Source of the DNA: Trichosphaerium sp. ATCC 40318 | Lineage: Eukaryota > Protista > Tubulinea | Direction of reading: 5' to 3' | NCBI GenBank assembly: GCA_038496445.1 | Contig: JALMLS010000414.1 | Location: forward strand, 171,395-235,394 | Length of the DNA stretch: 64,000 nt | In this document: in pieces, positions 37,330-50,794 of the stretch | How the letters are laid out: every line of letters begins with the position of its first letter | How positions within the stretch are numbered: position 1 is the stretch's first letter | The notes under the pieces: model-generated | What the model saw: only the letters and a program-made list of their open reading frames with translations | Told to the model about the DNA's origin: nothing | Databases searched by the model: none | Program-made: the position numbers and the translations under genes

Positions 37330-37619
37330 TTAAGTACTTTTAAGCCTTTGTGAACTACAGCTTTTCCTGGGAAGCACTAACGAATACCCTTATTGTTAGC
37401 TTGAGTTTGTTAACTTTTAAAACTCATTACCTTTAGCAGTATGACATATTTTTGATGGGCTTGTCACAACTTTTTGCAAACACACTGTTCTTAAATTTCA
37501 CTGTTCTCATTATATTGAAAGTTTTTACAACAGTTGTACAGTATCGTACGGCAGGCGCATGGCAGTAAACAATATTTGAAGTGCCAATATTTTATTGGTT
37601 CTTTTTTTAGTTTCAATTT

Positions 37620-38027
37620 TTACAAAGCTCACTACTTCATCGATTGGTCTGAAGGCGATAGTATGTACATTATTGTCGTACGACTTGATCAATTCATATC
37701 TGGCTTGTCATTCAGTAACTCTACTAAACTTAAAGTGTATATTGAAAGATTCTAGACTCCTATACCAATCCTGAGTATCCACACGTTTTCCTAACTCAAC
37801 TATAAGTTCACGTGTTGCGAAACGTCAAAAAAACCCCAAGAAATAGTTGCGGTGGCTGTATTTTCGATTGGTAATGTTGTATTCGCGTTTTGAGCGTCCG
37901 TACCTAATCTTTCGAGTACTATGCATACATCAGCATGACCAGTACTCATTCTATGGAATTTAGCGTCTTTGATATGAAAGTGGCGGCGTGTGAAGGCTTC
38001 ATCGTAAATAGTAGCAACTTGACTCAT
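37620..38027 (-). CDS. Hypothetical protein or pseudogene
   Basis: Protein-like ATG-started exon; the putative second exon contains an in-frame TGA. Confidence 0.3.
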
Positions 38028-39509
38028 GTTTTGTGTTTACTCGTATTAGATTGTTGATTCTATGTTGTGTTATTGCGTTATACTATTATTTGCACGTACC
38101 TGTATTCCATGTGGTATTGCTGTATTCTAATAATGGTAGCTTAATTGTAGCGCACGTACGGTTTCACTTAAAAAACAACAATTGAGCGAGTTCTCAAGAA
38201 CAGCAGTGCACTCCAATGTCCTTTGAGGCAACTCGAATATTATTCATTCAGGAGGGGCGCAACTTAAGTTCGAAATTGCAAATATTGCAACAATATAGGT
38301 TCTTAGCTAATACACTTGTGAAGTTCACAGCGATAGTGTCGAACCAGATCATGCTGCAAGTGATCGTAAGGATTAAAAGGATACACTGTTTTGCAGTACT
38401 ACATAATGTTAGAATTGTGTAATAAAAACAGTTTCACTGTTGTACAAGCTCATAGGATTTGACCTGATATAGCGCTACTTTGGTTTTTCCGCTAAGCCGG
38501 TGAAAGAGGATCATATATGATGCTCTACCACAGATACCTACTGAAAGTCCAACTGTAGCTACAACCCCATTCACTACAATTGCAGAAGTTGGTGGTGTGT
38601 TACACGACATGATAAAAGAGTTCCCCAGGTTGTTGAAAATTGCAAAGCAATAAAGGGCGGAGAAGTTTGCAACAGGCTTATAAACCTGTTCCAACTCATT
38701 TACAAAAAAGCGTTTGCTTTTGTTTCGCTCGCCTTTGTTATTTGTTGCTTGCATAGTTACTCGTGCACCTAAAAAACGCTTTGCTTTTTGCATACACTCG
38801 TCTTCAAAGTTACAAGTGAATGCGCTTTGCCCATTTTCACAAACCGTCTGTTAGGCTCGTTTATTAGTTGATAGACAACAGTTGGAAAAAGACATAAAAG
38901 ACGCGATGTTAACACGCTACAGTTCATACAGTCGGAGTCGAGTTAAAAAATGGGTTTACTGCTTGTGGAGGATCTCAGTCACATTGTGAGACAGAAAGTC
39001 CCCATGATCGTACACTAACGTCTTAAGAACACTCACAACACCCGATATGCAATCCTACCTTTTTCCTTACTCCAGAAATTTAACTCGATTTTCAACCACA
39101 ATAAACGCATTGGCGCGTACTCCCAGCTCAAAATCCTTTTGGTAACCTACAAATGTTGAGATGCATAGTAGATGTGCTCCAACATTTCCCAACGTGGCAA
39201 AGCCTTCAATACTTCGTGACTACCACCACCAACATGGCGATGCCATGCATTTGCGATAATACTTCGCACTACCAAGCGCGCAAATGCATTCATGCGTTGG
39301 GAAAACTTTCTTCGTTGCTTGCAACGAGGAGGCCACGCCTTCTTCGTAAATCTGGAGCTTTGGATGATGCTATTAAGCATCATACGAGCTCACTACACTA
39401 TGGGGCACGCTACGCTATCACCTCTTTTTTTTTGTTGGATGTTGGGTTAGAATAAGAATAATTAAAAAAAATAAGAGTTTATTTATGGTTTTGTTGACAT
39501 GCAGCAATC

Positions 39510-40758
39510 TTATACTTCGTTGTAGTTTCCACGTCCTACAAGATGTGTTAAAAAGCTTTAATTATAAATAAATTATTAATACCTCTGTTAATAATAAACA
39601 TAACACCATCCTTAACAAGTCCAGGGAAACCAAGCCAAAATTCCTTTTGTAAAAATAAAAGGTAAGATATTTGTACAATTACACGTGAGGCTTTTGCTCT
39701 TTTAACATACCTGATTTGGCGCATAATGTCCGTTCTTTTTGATTAGGTTATATGATACACCTCCGATGACATAGCAAACAACTACAACAAGCAAACCAAT
39801 ACACATAAAAGAACCAACGCTCAATCCACCACTGCCTCCTTTTTTCCCACCTCCAATACAAGCGTATTTTGAGCTTAGAAGCATTTTATAATCGTTCTGG
39901 TTTGGTCCCAAGTTATTGTCATCAATTGCAAGAGTTGTTAGATCTAAATAAATAAAGTTGTAAGTTCAAGAACTAAAGAAATCAAAAAAAGAGAAAAGGT
40001 GAGCGATTTTCTTATTTTTTTTCAAAACTCTGTACGTACCATCAACTTTTGAATCGCATTTAATAACAAAATCGGTGAATCTCGCTTGGCCACCAGGACC
40101 AGCAGGATCACCTGCAGTATATTTCATGCTCACACCGCCATTTGATGTCAAACCAGTGACAGAAGTTATATCAAAAGAGCCTAGACTCGCCTAACAAACC
40201 AAGGTCAGATCCAAAAAAAAAAGAAACTGTATCTCGTTGCGGTTTTTATTTGTTCCGGTTACCTCATCTGTAGATGTTACGTAATTACCCCACGCTTGGC
40301 AAGATCCCCATGATGATGCTCCAGCCGCCTATAAGGAGGTAAGGTTTAATTCGTCTGAATGACAAAACAACACCAAACGACGTACAGATCCGCAAGCCGA
40401 GTTTGTGTTACCGCAAATAGTCAACTGGTACTTATATACACCATTCTACAATAGAAATATAAGAATTACATCATCACGTGTTTGAAAAATCATGTTACGT
40501 TTAAATCACGTGATTAAAACATAATAGCTTAAGGTAAACTGTTTTATGGAATTTTCGAAATTTTTTTGGGTTTGTTTTGACACTTACATCGCAATTATCG
40601 CACTTCAAGGTACCAAAGCCAGTCGCAACCTTCCCAGTTATTGAGGATAAATCATAAGCAGAGCCATCTGAGGCTGTAACACTAGAACAGTCGGCCAAAC
40701 ACACGCGAATGTAACAAACAGCGATCGCAAGTACGAAAAGCGCAAGAGGAGAGTTCAT
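39510..40758 (-). CDS. Mannose-6-phosphate-receptor/ATG27-like type I membrane protein
   Basis: Signal peptide, YDLSSI, YQLTICG, GVSMKYTAGD, SKYAC, GLSVGS + TM, PNQ|EFWLGFPGLVKDGVMF, C-terminal YNEV (YxxPhi). Confidence 0.85.
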
Positions 40759-41275
40759 TTGAGGATTCCAAACACAAATAGCGGTCAAACGTTTTAGTAC
40801 GTGTCATCAAAAGCACGTGTAACTCTATCAATAGTGCTCAAAGATACGTGGTAGTTGATGAGAGCCCTCAAGTGATAGTATGATGCGTACTGGCACCATA
40901 CTTCTAACGCGAGGGCAACTATGATAACAAATGTTACAGCCAGTAAGCGCAGAACCAGAGATGGCGTGCGAGTACACATTGCCGTAAAAAAAAGTCTGTA
41001 AAACGCAAGCTAGTAATTTTACTTGACGCGTTCGCTGGTGAACCCAAGCGCTCAACCACACGACTTTGGCCTATAAATTGCATGCACCATAACGCGTGTT
41101 TTACAATGCCCTATATTCAGCTATGAGCATCGACAATACTTGAATACCTAGTAATCTTTTGTACTCAGTGCTAACAAATCCAAACCAGGCAACTAAATTT
41201 CGAGAAGCATTTTGAAACTGACATAAAGATGCTGACATTGATTTCTAAGTTCTGTTTTTATTTTTGTAACCCAAG

Positions 41276-42585
41276 TTAACTCGTGAACACAGACCAAGAC
41301 TGGATAACTTCCCTGTCACATTTTGGTGCATTACAATAAGCTTGTAATGGAGTTATAGTAATCCATCCTTGCCTATTAAAAGTCATAGTTAGTGGGTTTA
41401 AAAAACAATTTTTTTTTTAAATTGTACCCGACAGCATATCCATCATAACATAATTCTTTATCACTAATTTTCTTTGATCCATAGAGTTGTACTCTAATAT
41501 TACCATTATCAAATCTTTTCTTTACTTTATAACCATCATCCCACGATGATGTACCTACAAGCAAGTTCAACAACTTTATCGCAAATGTGTCAAAAAAAAA
41601 TGTGTTCAAAAAAAAACCTTGTTGTGTCATTCTGACGCCTTTAATATCTTCAGCTTTTAAAACATTTGGAAAATTAACATTTATCATTGTCCCTAACAGT
41701 ATTTAGTGTCATTTCCTACAACTTGGTAAAACGTGTCACAAGAGAAAAATGAATCAAGAGATTTTTACCTTTTGGTATTCCTTGATTTAATACATGTTCT
41801 ATTATTGACATAGCCTTCTCAGCAGCTAATTCATACGGCCAATTATCCGCCTTAGACCTAAAAACATTGTCGGTTTCAGTCACAAGAAGTTACTCAGACC
41901 GTGGTGCACAGTCGAAATAAATTACTTACGGATAACTTGTAGGGTGATTCAAGCTTAATGCTACAGCCTTCCATCCATAACGGTTGGCTTCCATAGCAGC
42001 AGAAATTGTGCCACTAGAACTAGTATCTGTACCACTTTATATAACAAGTCAGCAAAGATAGATCAAGAACTGTTTTGTTTTACGAGTGAGGAAAGGTTTC
42101 TGTGAAAGAAGTCTAGATTGTACCTGTTGGCACCTTTGTTTATCCCGGATAATACAATGTCAGGGCTAAAGTCATCCCATAGAACATTTCTAAGTGCTAT
42201 TTTGACGCAATCGGCTGGATAGCCGTCTACTTTATAAGCAACGACATCCTTTAGTTCCTCTTCGCTGTATACGTGTTTTTCTACGTCTATGGCGGTCCTG
42301 TAATGATTTTAATGACAGATAGCGGAAAAACATACACAATGGGCGAACGGAGAATTTTCCGCGTACCTAATAGTCAATGCGTAACCAATGGCAGATTTAT
42401 CAGTCATTGGAGCTACAATTCTAAAAAAAAGACGTAAAAACATTATATAACGCTCAAAACTAGTTCTACACGTACCGGACATTGTAATTCTTCGCTAAAA
42501 CCAATTGTTTTGCAATTGCTTTAATACCAGGCGCTTCTACGCCATCATCATTCGATATAAGGACATTAACAACGTTGCTAGCCAT
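41276..42585 (-). CDS. surE: 5'/3'-nucleotidase SurE
   Basis: [68 protein letters not shown] across multiple introns. Confidence 0.93.
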
Positions 42586-44222
42586 AGGGAAACACCAAAT
42601 GTAAAAGTGATAAGTTAATAGATCAAGTAGTTTCTGCTTGCTTAAGGGTCTTGAATAGTGACAAATAAAGGCACGTGATAGATGTCAACTAATAGTTCGC
42701 TTTCAAAGTAACGTTAATACTTGAAATAGAGGTGAAATAGAGATGTTATTGAGAACTGATAATTTCAAAAATTGCATCAAATTTTATGACTTTGCAGTAA
42801 CGAAAAGTATTAACCACAACTTTCTTATTGCTCTACAAGGAGCGTAGAGTCTGAGAAGGGGTTCAGCATTTTGCTAAAACTTGCTACAAAATTTGAAACG
42901 TAAATCCTGCAATAAAGTGCAACATGTGCTTTTTTCTAAATATTGTTTTGCCATAACGTCCCTATTCAAGTATTTTTATTGAATTATTTTCTTTGTGAGT
43001 GTTATTGGCCGTAACACTGTTAAGTTTTGAGGCTCTACAACTACAGTTGTGGCATTAACTTGTTTGAAAGTAATATTCTCTGGACTTGGAATACGGTAAC
43101 TTTCCTTAAAACACTTGTACAAACAACTATCTGGGATGCTTAATGACGGGAAGTTAATTGCTCCGTTCTTTACTCCAGACTAACGGTTGTTACGTGCAAA
43201 GTTATTATACGAAACAGCACTATCTCACCTTGATGTTTTTGCACTGTACTTGAGGAAAGAAGGTTCCAAAAATAAGAAAACTGTCCGCCATGTTTTCAGA
43301 CTACGAATTCATGTGGGAAATATCGCGTGACTTTTCCTTTTCCGGTCTGACCTGCTCTTAAATGTCTCATAAAATTGTCTTCAAAAAATCTAGAATTAAA
43401 CAACATATAACAATACAGTGCGCAATGATCTGTCTCATACCAAAACTACGTTCATCATGTCTTGTTCACAACAACTTAGGATAAAATAACATACCAACAC
43501 TTTGACACCTACACCTTTGACAGTTCGCCTTAGAGGGTGACTGAACTTTTTTAAAACCAAAACACAAGTAATTCCTGTCACTGATGTGTCAAACAGTTAT
43601 TGTATAAGAAAGTAGTGCATGTTGTATAGCACTTACTCAAGCTAGGTAACTGGCCTTGCCCAGGAGTCAAAACAGGCCGCTTGGAAATTCTGAGTCCCTA
43701 CCAGTACACAAAAAAAAGTTGATAAAAAGAACGATCATAGGCTGCTTTACAGCGCCTACTCAAAGTAACTAGTATCAGGCATATTTCTTCCACAAAACTC
43801 CTTCTTAACCACAGCATAATGTTGTTGAGCAAAAGAACGATCATAGGCAGGCTATGCCTAATCAAAGTTTATATAGAGCTTTTCCCTAACGGCAGAACTC
43901 ACCTCTGTATCGGACCTTATAATTTTCTTGGCCCAGACCGAGTTCCTAAGTTAATTACGTGCTACTTACGAGGACATGCTGGCTAATGTAACGATTCAAG
44001 CTTTCACACTACGTCGGATTAAGATGGAACTGTTAACAGATCCACCTCGCAATGCATACACCCACTAAGCTAGACGGAGGACTCCCTTAAATATTTTCGA
44101 CCAAATGGCTAGGAAGCCCCACGCGTGGTGCACACACTGCAACTACTACAATTTACAGAATATATTCGTTTCATTTTATACCCATAAAAGCTATTCAGAA
44201 ATAAATTGTGGGATACAGAGCG

Positions 44223-44535
44223 CACTTCACTGAAAATTCTATTGCAATTACTCAAATATGGATAATGCACATTTCAAAACGCTCTCAAAGGCTTGTGATA
44301 GCTATTCACATACATGGAAACCTTAGCAGCGATGTTTTTGTTCAAAAAACGTGACACTAACCGATATCTTCCGTTTTCAGTCTACGTTCATACACTTCAC
44401 TGAATTATCCACGCAAAATAGTCAACTATGGATAACGCGCATTTCAATACACCATAAACCCTTGTGCTAGCTACTTTCATGCATTGAGAACCGTAACAGC
44501 AGTGTTTTGGTTTGCAAAAAGTGCAACTAAACGAT
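44223..44535. repeat. Diverged two-copy tandem repeat, period 170 bp
   Basis: cacttcactgaa...tatggataa.gc.catttcaa...cttgtg.tagcta...gcag..tgtttt at 44223 and 44393. Confidence 0.7.
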
Positions 44536-44823
44536 TTATACTTTTTTCCGTGTTAGCACTCACTAAAAAGTATCTGGCGTTATAAAGATGCTATTCTAGC
44601 GTTTAACGAATAGTGTCGAGACTTTATAGCTTGTAACAGGAATATTCGAAATGTTCAATAATTTACTGTAAATACAGCTACATTTGCATTAACTCTACAA
44701 CTCTGAAAGCCACTTACCTTTAAACAGAAAACAGCATTCTTTTTATGATTACCAATATGGCTGTAGATCACCTTTCCTATATTTAGGTGGTCCTGCTTTA
44801 GGCAATATGCAATCGAATACTGC

Positions 44824-46131
44824 CTAAACAAACAAAAAATTAGTATGTCCAAACAAAATATCTCGTCGTACATTAAATATAAGTGTGATATTTTGCGTGT
44901 CTGATGCACAAGTGAAGTGTGTAAAGACACATGAATCACTGTCATTGTAACCGATAAACTGGTGTTTTATAAAAGTTCCAACAGCAGTCCAAGTATCATC
45001 TTCATCAGCTATAAAAAAAAATAAGTCTGTGTTTGCCATTGTTAATGCTGTCATTGAATGTACATTTCTTAAATTCAGGAAAACAATATTTTAAAGATCT
45101 CCTCTTTAGCTCTTCTTTCATTAGATCTGTTTTATTTAAAAATAAAAGACAACTTCTATTCCTGAAGAAGTAGGTAAACAAAAAGAATTACAATTGATTA
45201 TGTACTTTGCTTTACTACGCAATTCTTTAAACAGTGAAATCGCTCTAATTATTTTGTACATTGACCCATCATGTTGACAGTATCCTAGCAATGATGCACA
45301 AAATATAATTTGTTGATCTATTTTTAACTAAGGGTGTTAGCTCTTTGTTTTGTTGACACAAGTATTGTCTAGTCTATTGCATACTTTGCTCCAGGAACAA
45401 CCAACATTAACAATGTGACACCGAAATCCTGACCTATAAACCTGAATTTCTTTCACTGGTCTAGGTTTGCCAACATAAATCTTATCCTGCGCGCTTGGTA
45501 CATAATCTGGTTCAGAAATCCGTTCAATGTTGTCAAAAAAACTGATTTGCTCTTAGCTACACTAAATAAAAACCAATTGCGTACTAGCCCATAGAAGAAG
45601 ACTCTTGGTACTCGTGTCTTTGATCATACGCCAGCCGAATACCTGTATCATTCCATAGACAAGCTATCGCTTCACACGTATCAGCACCCCAGGTATAGTC
45701 ATTATCACTGTAGCTGTCATCATCGTTGTAACTGCTCAAACGATTTGCAAATCCCTGATCAAACAATTATCTGAATTGTGACCAGATAGTATTGTCCGTT
45801 ATCAAACTTTGGCGTACGATATTAGGCTTATCAATTGAGAAACCACTTGAACAAGACCTGCGTTGTTTACATATTGAAATGAGAGCCTTCATACACCTTA
45901 CCACATACGCGCGTATATCTGTAGCGCTTATAGAAGGTATGTCATCAGTTTCAAGCAAGTGTAATTGCTTCAAAATCGTTGCTTGGATAGCAACGTTAGT
46001 TTGATCGTTTAACTTACACAATTTACCACACAAAACATACTTTTCCCACTGCCATGAAGACCAAACAACGCCACCTCCTGGGTGCGTGGTATTAACTTAT
46101 TTTTACCCGGTTTGCCTGCTTTATTGCCCAT
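44824..46131 (-). CDS. Divergent heterotrimeric G-protein alpha-like protein
   Basis: MGNK N-terminus, P-loop GLHGSGK, IACLWNDTGI, FFDNIERISEPDYVPSAQD, LFLNKTDL, CFPEF, HFTCASDT. Confidence 0.85.
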
Positions 46132-46308
46132 CAGCACGTTTTGTTCAAGAAAGTGCTAAGGCTGGCGTTATTTAAATAGTAACGCTTTTTTAAGGCAGTT
46201 AAGTTTGCTTTGCGATCCCAAAAGCGTACATATGTCACTTACACCTCTAAACAGACTGACTGTACGTAAGTAAAACTATTTTCCTGTACGCAAGGAGTAT
46301 CGCTGAAA

Positions 46309-46836
46309 ATGGCCAAACACACATCTACAGGGTGCAATAATATTCTAAAGCTACCTATTGAGCTTCAATATATTATTTACACAACAAATCATCGTCTTTT
46401 TTACCTGTGGCCAAAACTATGCGTCAAAGCGGCAGTATTAACGCGATACAATGGATCTATAGAGCGACATGGCGTTTTCACAGAGAGGGACGAATTGGGC
46501 AATAAAACACACATGGCTATGTACTTTAATGATAAGAAACATGGTACATGCAAGCGATGGCATAAAAATGGCAGATTAAAGACTGAAGGGGAATACGTTA
46601 GTGGTAGGCAGAATGGCATGTGGAAGCATTGGCACGAGAATGGAGAGGTTGAAATAGAACAAACATTCAAGCATGGTAAATTAGATGGCAATTATTTTGT
46701 GTGGAGGATTAATGGCAATAAGCACGCTCACCACGTGTACAAAGATGGTACGCTTACGGAGACTACAGAGTGGTACAATAGTGGTAAAATCCGTCAGCAT
46801 GTTTTCTATCACAATGGACGACCTATTTCTTGCTAG
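46309..46836 (+). CDS. F-box-like + MORN-variant repeat protein
   Basis: ILKLPIELQYII then about five repeats (WHKNGRLK, WHENGEVE). Head-to-head with the divergent G-alpha, 177 bp apart. Confidence 0.85.
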   Translation: MAKHTSTGCNNILKLPIELQYIIYTTNHRLFYLWPKLCVKAAVLTRYNGSIERHGVFTERDELGNKTHMAMYFNDKKHGTCKRWHKNGRLKTEGEYVSGRQNGMWKHWHENGEVEIEQTFKHGKLDGNYFVWRINGNKHAHHVYKDGTLTETTEWYNSGKIRQHVFYHNGRPISC

Positions 46837-47210
46837 TTGATGTGTCAGTGCTGTTTTTTGAAACCTTCCATGCTGTTGCATGGGTAAATTGCTTCGTAGA
46901 TTAGTAGGGAAAACCAAACAAGGCAGTGAATAAACACGTGAACCAAAAAATCGAAGAATTTTTTAAGATGTCCCGCTGCTTTTCATTATTCTGTTATGCA
47001 CCACTTTGTACTCCACTACGAATATATTCTACACTAGATATAAACTGTGGTTTGCAATTAACGCTCTATGAAGAGAAAAAAGGGTAGGAGTCTTTTGTTT
47101 ATCACATACATTACAACATTTAGACTCGAACACTTTGTATTTTTTTTTTCTTCTTGTTTCTTTCTTCTTTCTTCTTGTCTTGAAATAAAAAAACGCACAA
47201 CTTATTGAAC

Positions 47211-50054
47211 TTACAATATAAACTGTTTGAGATCACTTCTCTTACGCATATCCTTGAGTGTTTCTTCGCAAAATTTCTTGTCAATGAGGAATGATTTGCC
47301 TCTATGTTTATGACAATCAAAGCTAATATCCTGAGTCAAAGTCTCTAATACTGTATGTAATCGCCTTGCTCCAGTGTTTTGAACTTGTTGGTTTAGTTCG
47401 TATGTAATCTTAGCAATACATGCTATAGCCTCATCATTGAACTGCAAGTCTATTTTCTACAAAAGCACAAAAAAGTCAGCAAAAATAATTCCAAAAAAAA
47501 AAAAAAAGATTTTCGATAAGGAAACTCTTGGATATCACCAAGATTATACACTGCCTACTTAAAACAAGCGTATAAAGTTTAGATATACATTAAAACATAC
47601 CTCTGTCTTGAGTAATGATTTGTGTTGTTCGATCATGTTGAATTTAGGTTCAGTCAAAATTCTTACTAAATCTTCTTGCTTCAAAGGCTCAAGTTTGACA
47701 CGAATAGGTAAACGACCCTGGAGGGAGTATAGAGTTAATATATTGATAATCCATGTTTAATTATATTTGATAAATAACCGTACTTGAAGTTCTGCTAGGA
47801 GATCTGAAGGTTTTGATTGATGAAATGCGCCAGCAGCAACAAATAAGATTTTTGATGTATCAATGACACCGTGTTTAGTTCTTATTGATGTTCCTTCAAT
47901 GAGAGGTAATAAATCACGTTGTACACCTTCAGCAGAAGCATCTGCAGAGAAACCAACCATGTTACCACAAATCTAGGTTGACACATAAGAACGAATGTAA
48001 AAGAGGTATCTTAAAACAATAAATTACCTTATCAAGTTCATCCAAAAATACAATACCATCATTTTGAACAGCATCTATTGCTTTCTTAATGATAGTATCA
48101 CGAGTGATAAGTTTATCTGTTTCTTCTTCTCTGATGTACCGTTTTGCTCTACAGTTTTAGTGAGCGATTGAGCAACAAGGAAAATATTTTCAGAAACAAC
48201 AAGCATAAAGAGGAAAGTTTGGTACAAAAACAATTGAACTTGTTTTAGATTGATCACGTGTTAGAACATGTGTCATCACTAGGTATACACGAAAAAGATT
48301 GTTATCACTTACTCTGCAACTGACATCTTCGTCTTTGTTTCTGCCGGTTTGTTCCTTTGATTATTCTTTGATACAAGCGTCAAAAAGTCTCCAACACTAG
48401 CCTCGTCGAAAGTCATTCTGATAAAAAAATGTTTCAATAACAACAGCGTGGCTCTGCGAACACGTTTTTTTTTCCTTCAGTTGCTCTTTTTTTTTTTTTC
48501 TTCAAACAAAAACGCAGGGACTAAACTATCTTGTATGTGAACAAAAAAAAAAGTACGTACGACTTAATACTACCGTAGTTTTGTTCTTGAGGTTGGTAGT
48601 CTACTTTTACACCAGTGAGGGTATTGTTTTTGATTGCTGCACGCAATGAATCGCGTGATTGGTTCTAAACGTAGGGTGTAAGCGTACAATTTAAATATTC
48701 ATGGTAAACTATCTTTAAATGAGGTAGATGATTAAATAACGCACTCCTTCACCAACAAGGAGCTCCACAATACGATCAATGGTCTTTTCTTCAATTTCTT
48801 TTTCGTGTTTTTTCAACTCCATTTCACGCATTAACACAATTCCATTTTCAAGCAAATCAACGATAATCGAATCGACATCACGTCCTAATGAAGTAATTAA
48901 CCTTTCAAAACCAAATTTCTTGGATTTAAAACGAGTTCGACGCTCATTTTTACTAAAACTAAAAAAAGCCAACCTAAAAAAATGTCTCACCTTTGAAACC
49001 TACTTCTGTGAACTTTGTAGCTTCTACCTTTACAAATGGAGCATCTACAAGTGTGGCAATACGTCTCGCAATCTCTAAAAAAGAGGTAATAAGAATCAGT
49101 AACAACAGAAGGGAGTAATGAACTCTTTCAAGCAAAAAAAAAAACCGCAATGACCTTACCTGTTTTACCGACACCTGTTGGACCAACCATAAGAATATTC
49201 TTTGGCATAATTTCTTTGGACATCTCCTTTGGAAGCCTAAAGAATTAAAGCGGTTAACCACCGAGTAAAGTATGAATGAGCAAAAGAAGAAAATAGGCAA
49301 TAATATCGCGTGGAATTTTGTGTAGCGCTTATTACTTCCAGGCAAAACAAACAAGGCGACAAAGCTGTTTTAAGCTTGTTTTGGTTTTTTTTTTTCAATT
49401 GAAAAAAAGTCAAAATGGCGTACATGTGACGCCTCATTCTGTTCCTTACAGCAATTGCTACTGCTTTTTTCGCGTCCTGTGATAAGGCATTAGTACAGGG
49501 TTGTTCAGCACATGTTAGAAATATTCAAAATGTTGATCTACTTGGTAAAAAAGAGCCTTTGATTGTGTTGCCACGATTTTAGTCAGCAAAAAATGAGGTT
49601 GTGCGATGGACACGGAGAAAACGTGGTTGTGCCGTTAACTGGTAACAAACGCTGATAATAGCGTCTGCGAATTATTTGTAGGCAAAAGGGAGAATATAGC
49701 GGCGAGATGCCCAACAAAGACCAAGAGAGCGCTATAAAACGACGGTACGTACAGACTGGCCAACAATGTGAGCATTTAGTTTATCGTAAATTTGATAAGG
49801 CTCGAGAGAGCTTGCAAGGCGGTCTTCTTGCTCTACGAAGGCGAATTAGGTCCTGTTCGTATTATTGATCAAGCGTGAAGTCACATACCCTCTTTTACTT
49901 CCTCTTCTCCCAAAATCCCTTTAGCTAGTACATCTGGTACCTCTAACGCGCACGAGCGGGTAAACGCCTTTGGTGCGTATCTTCGTTTGTTATTGGACGT
50001 GGCAGTGGCCAATTGACGTTTCAATAGTCTTGCAGACTTGACAGCGGTCAACAT
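47211..50054 (-). CDS. hslU: ATP-dependent protease ATPase subunit HslU (ClpY), mitochondrial presequence
   Basis: [28 protein letters not shown]|[55 protein letters not shown]. Arg-rich, acid-poor N-terminus. Confidence 0.95.
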
Positions 50055-50794
50055 TTACTATCCAAAATGCTTGTGAAGCTTTTAACGGTGTCAACTACGA
50101 AATAAAAAACCGAAAGAAATTTGAAAGCAACTGACCCTTTTAATAAGTGCAGCCTCGTTTAGATTTTCTATGACAACATAGGTGACGTTAGTTTAACACG
50201 TTTGCAAGCAGCTTTTGTCACAAAAGGCTGTTGTGAACAATGTTCGAAAATGTGACATTTTTGTTGTATTTTCGCTATGTTGGTTGCAACACATTAAGAA
50301 GCTCTTTCTTATTCTGAAACGTGGTAGTTAGTGACAACACGGAGAGTTGACGAGCATTGAGCTGGCTGCGTCGTTTCACATGACGTGCAAAAACGTCAGT
50401 AATTGCACTCCCGGCGGACTCATAGCTCCATCTTTAAAGCGCGAAAACTAAAAGTAAGTTTGGAATAAATTGGAAGTAGCGTTTTATTGTCACGTTTGCG
50501 ATACCTTTCTTTCAAAGCAACCACAACACGTTACGTAGACGCGTAACAATCAATTAGGAGTGTTTTGAAAGCCAACAAAACAAGTTTGACCTTTCTTCAA
50601 AAAAATAGACAAAATATTCCGAAGGAATTTATTTCATTTTCCTTTTGGTAGACGACGCACAAAAAAGGCTCCCACGCAAGTCCGCGTTAAGAAACCCAAC
50701 AGAGCGAAGATTAGGGGCCGTAGGTGATTTTTTTGTGAAAAAAAAGAACGGACCCACTTCAACGGTAAAAACAACCCTATTTGCGCTCGTTAGA

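Noticed and set aside
30990-37680. In-frame TGA codons suggesting a variant genetic code
   Set aside because: Conserved genes use TGG for Trp and TGA as a true stop (claudin-like, Sel1, MTR4). The cases lie in otherwise damaged genes.
38216-39455. Short ORFs on both strands (similar cases at 2560-3630 and 24900-25850)
   Set aside because: No recognisable motifs and no consistent exon chain; likely decayed genes or noise.
49480-49760. Hairpins in the long HslU intron as an H/ACA snoRNA
   Set aside because: Stems are present but no convincing H and ACA box spacing.
41276-50054. SurE and HslU as recent bacterial transfers
   Set aside because: Both are intron-rich and known from multiple eukaryotic lineages.
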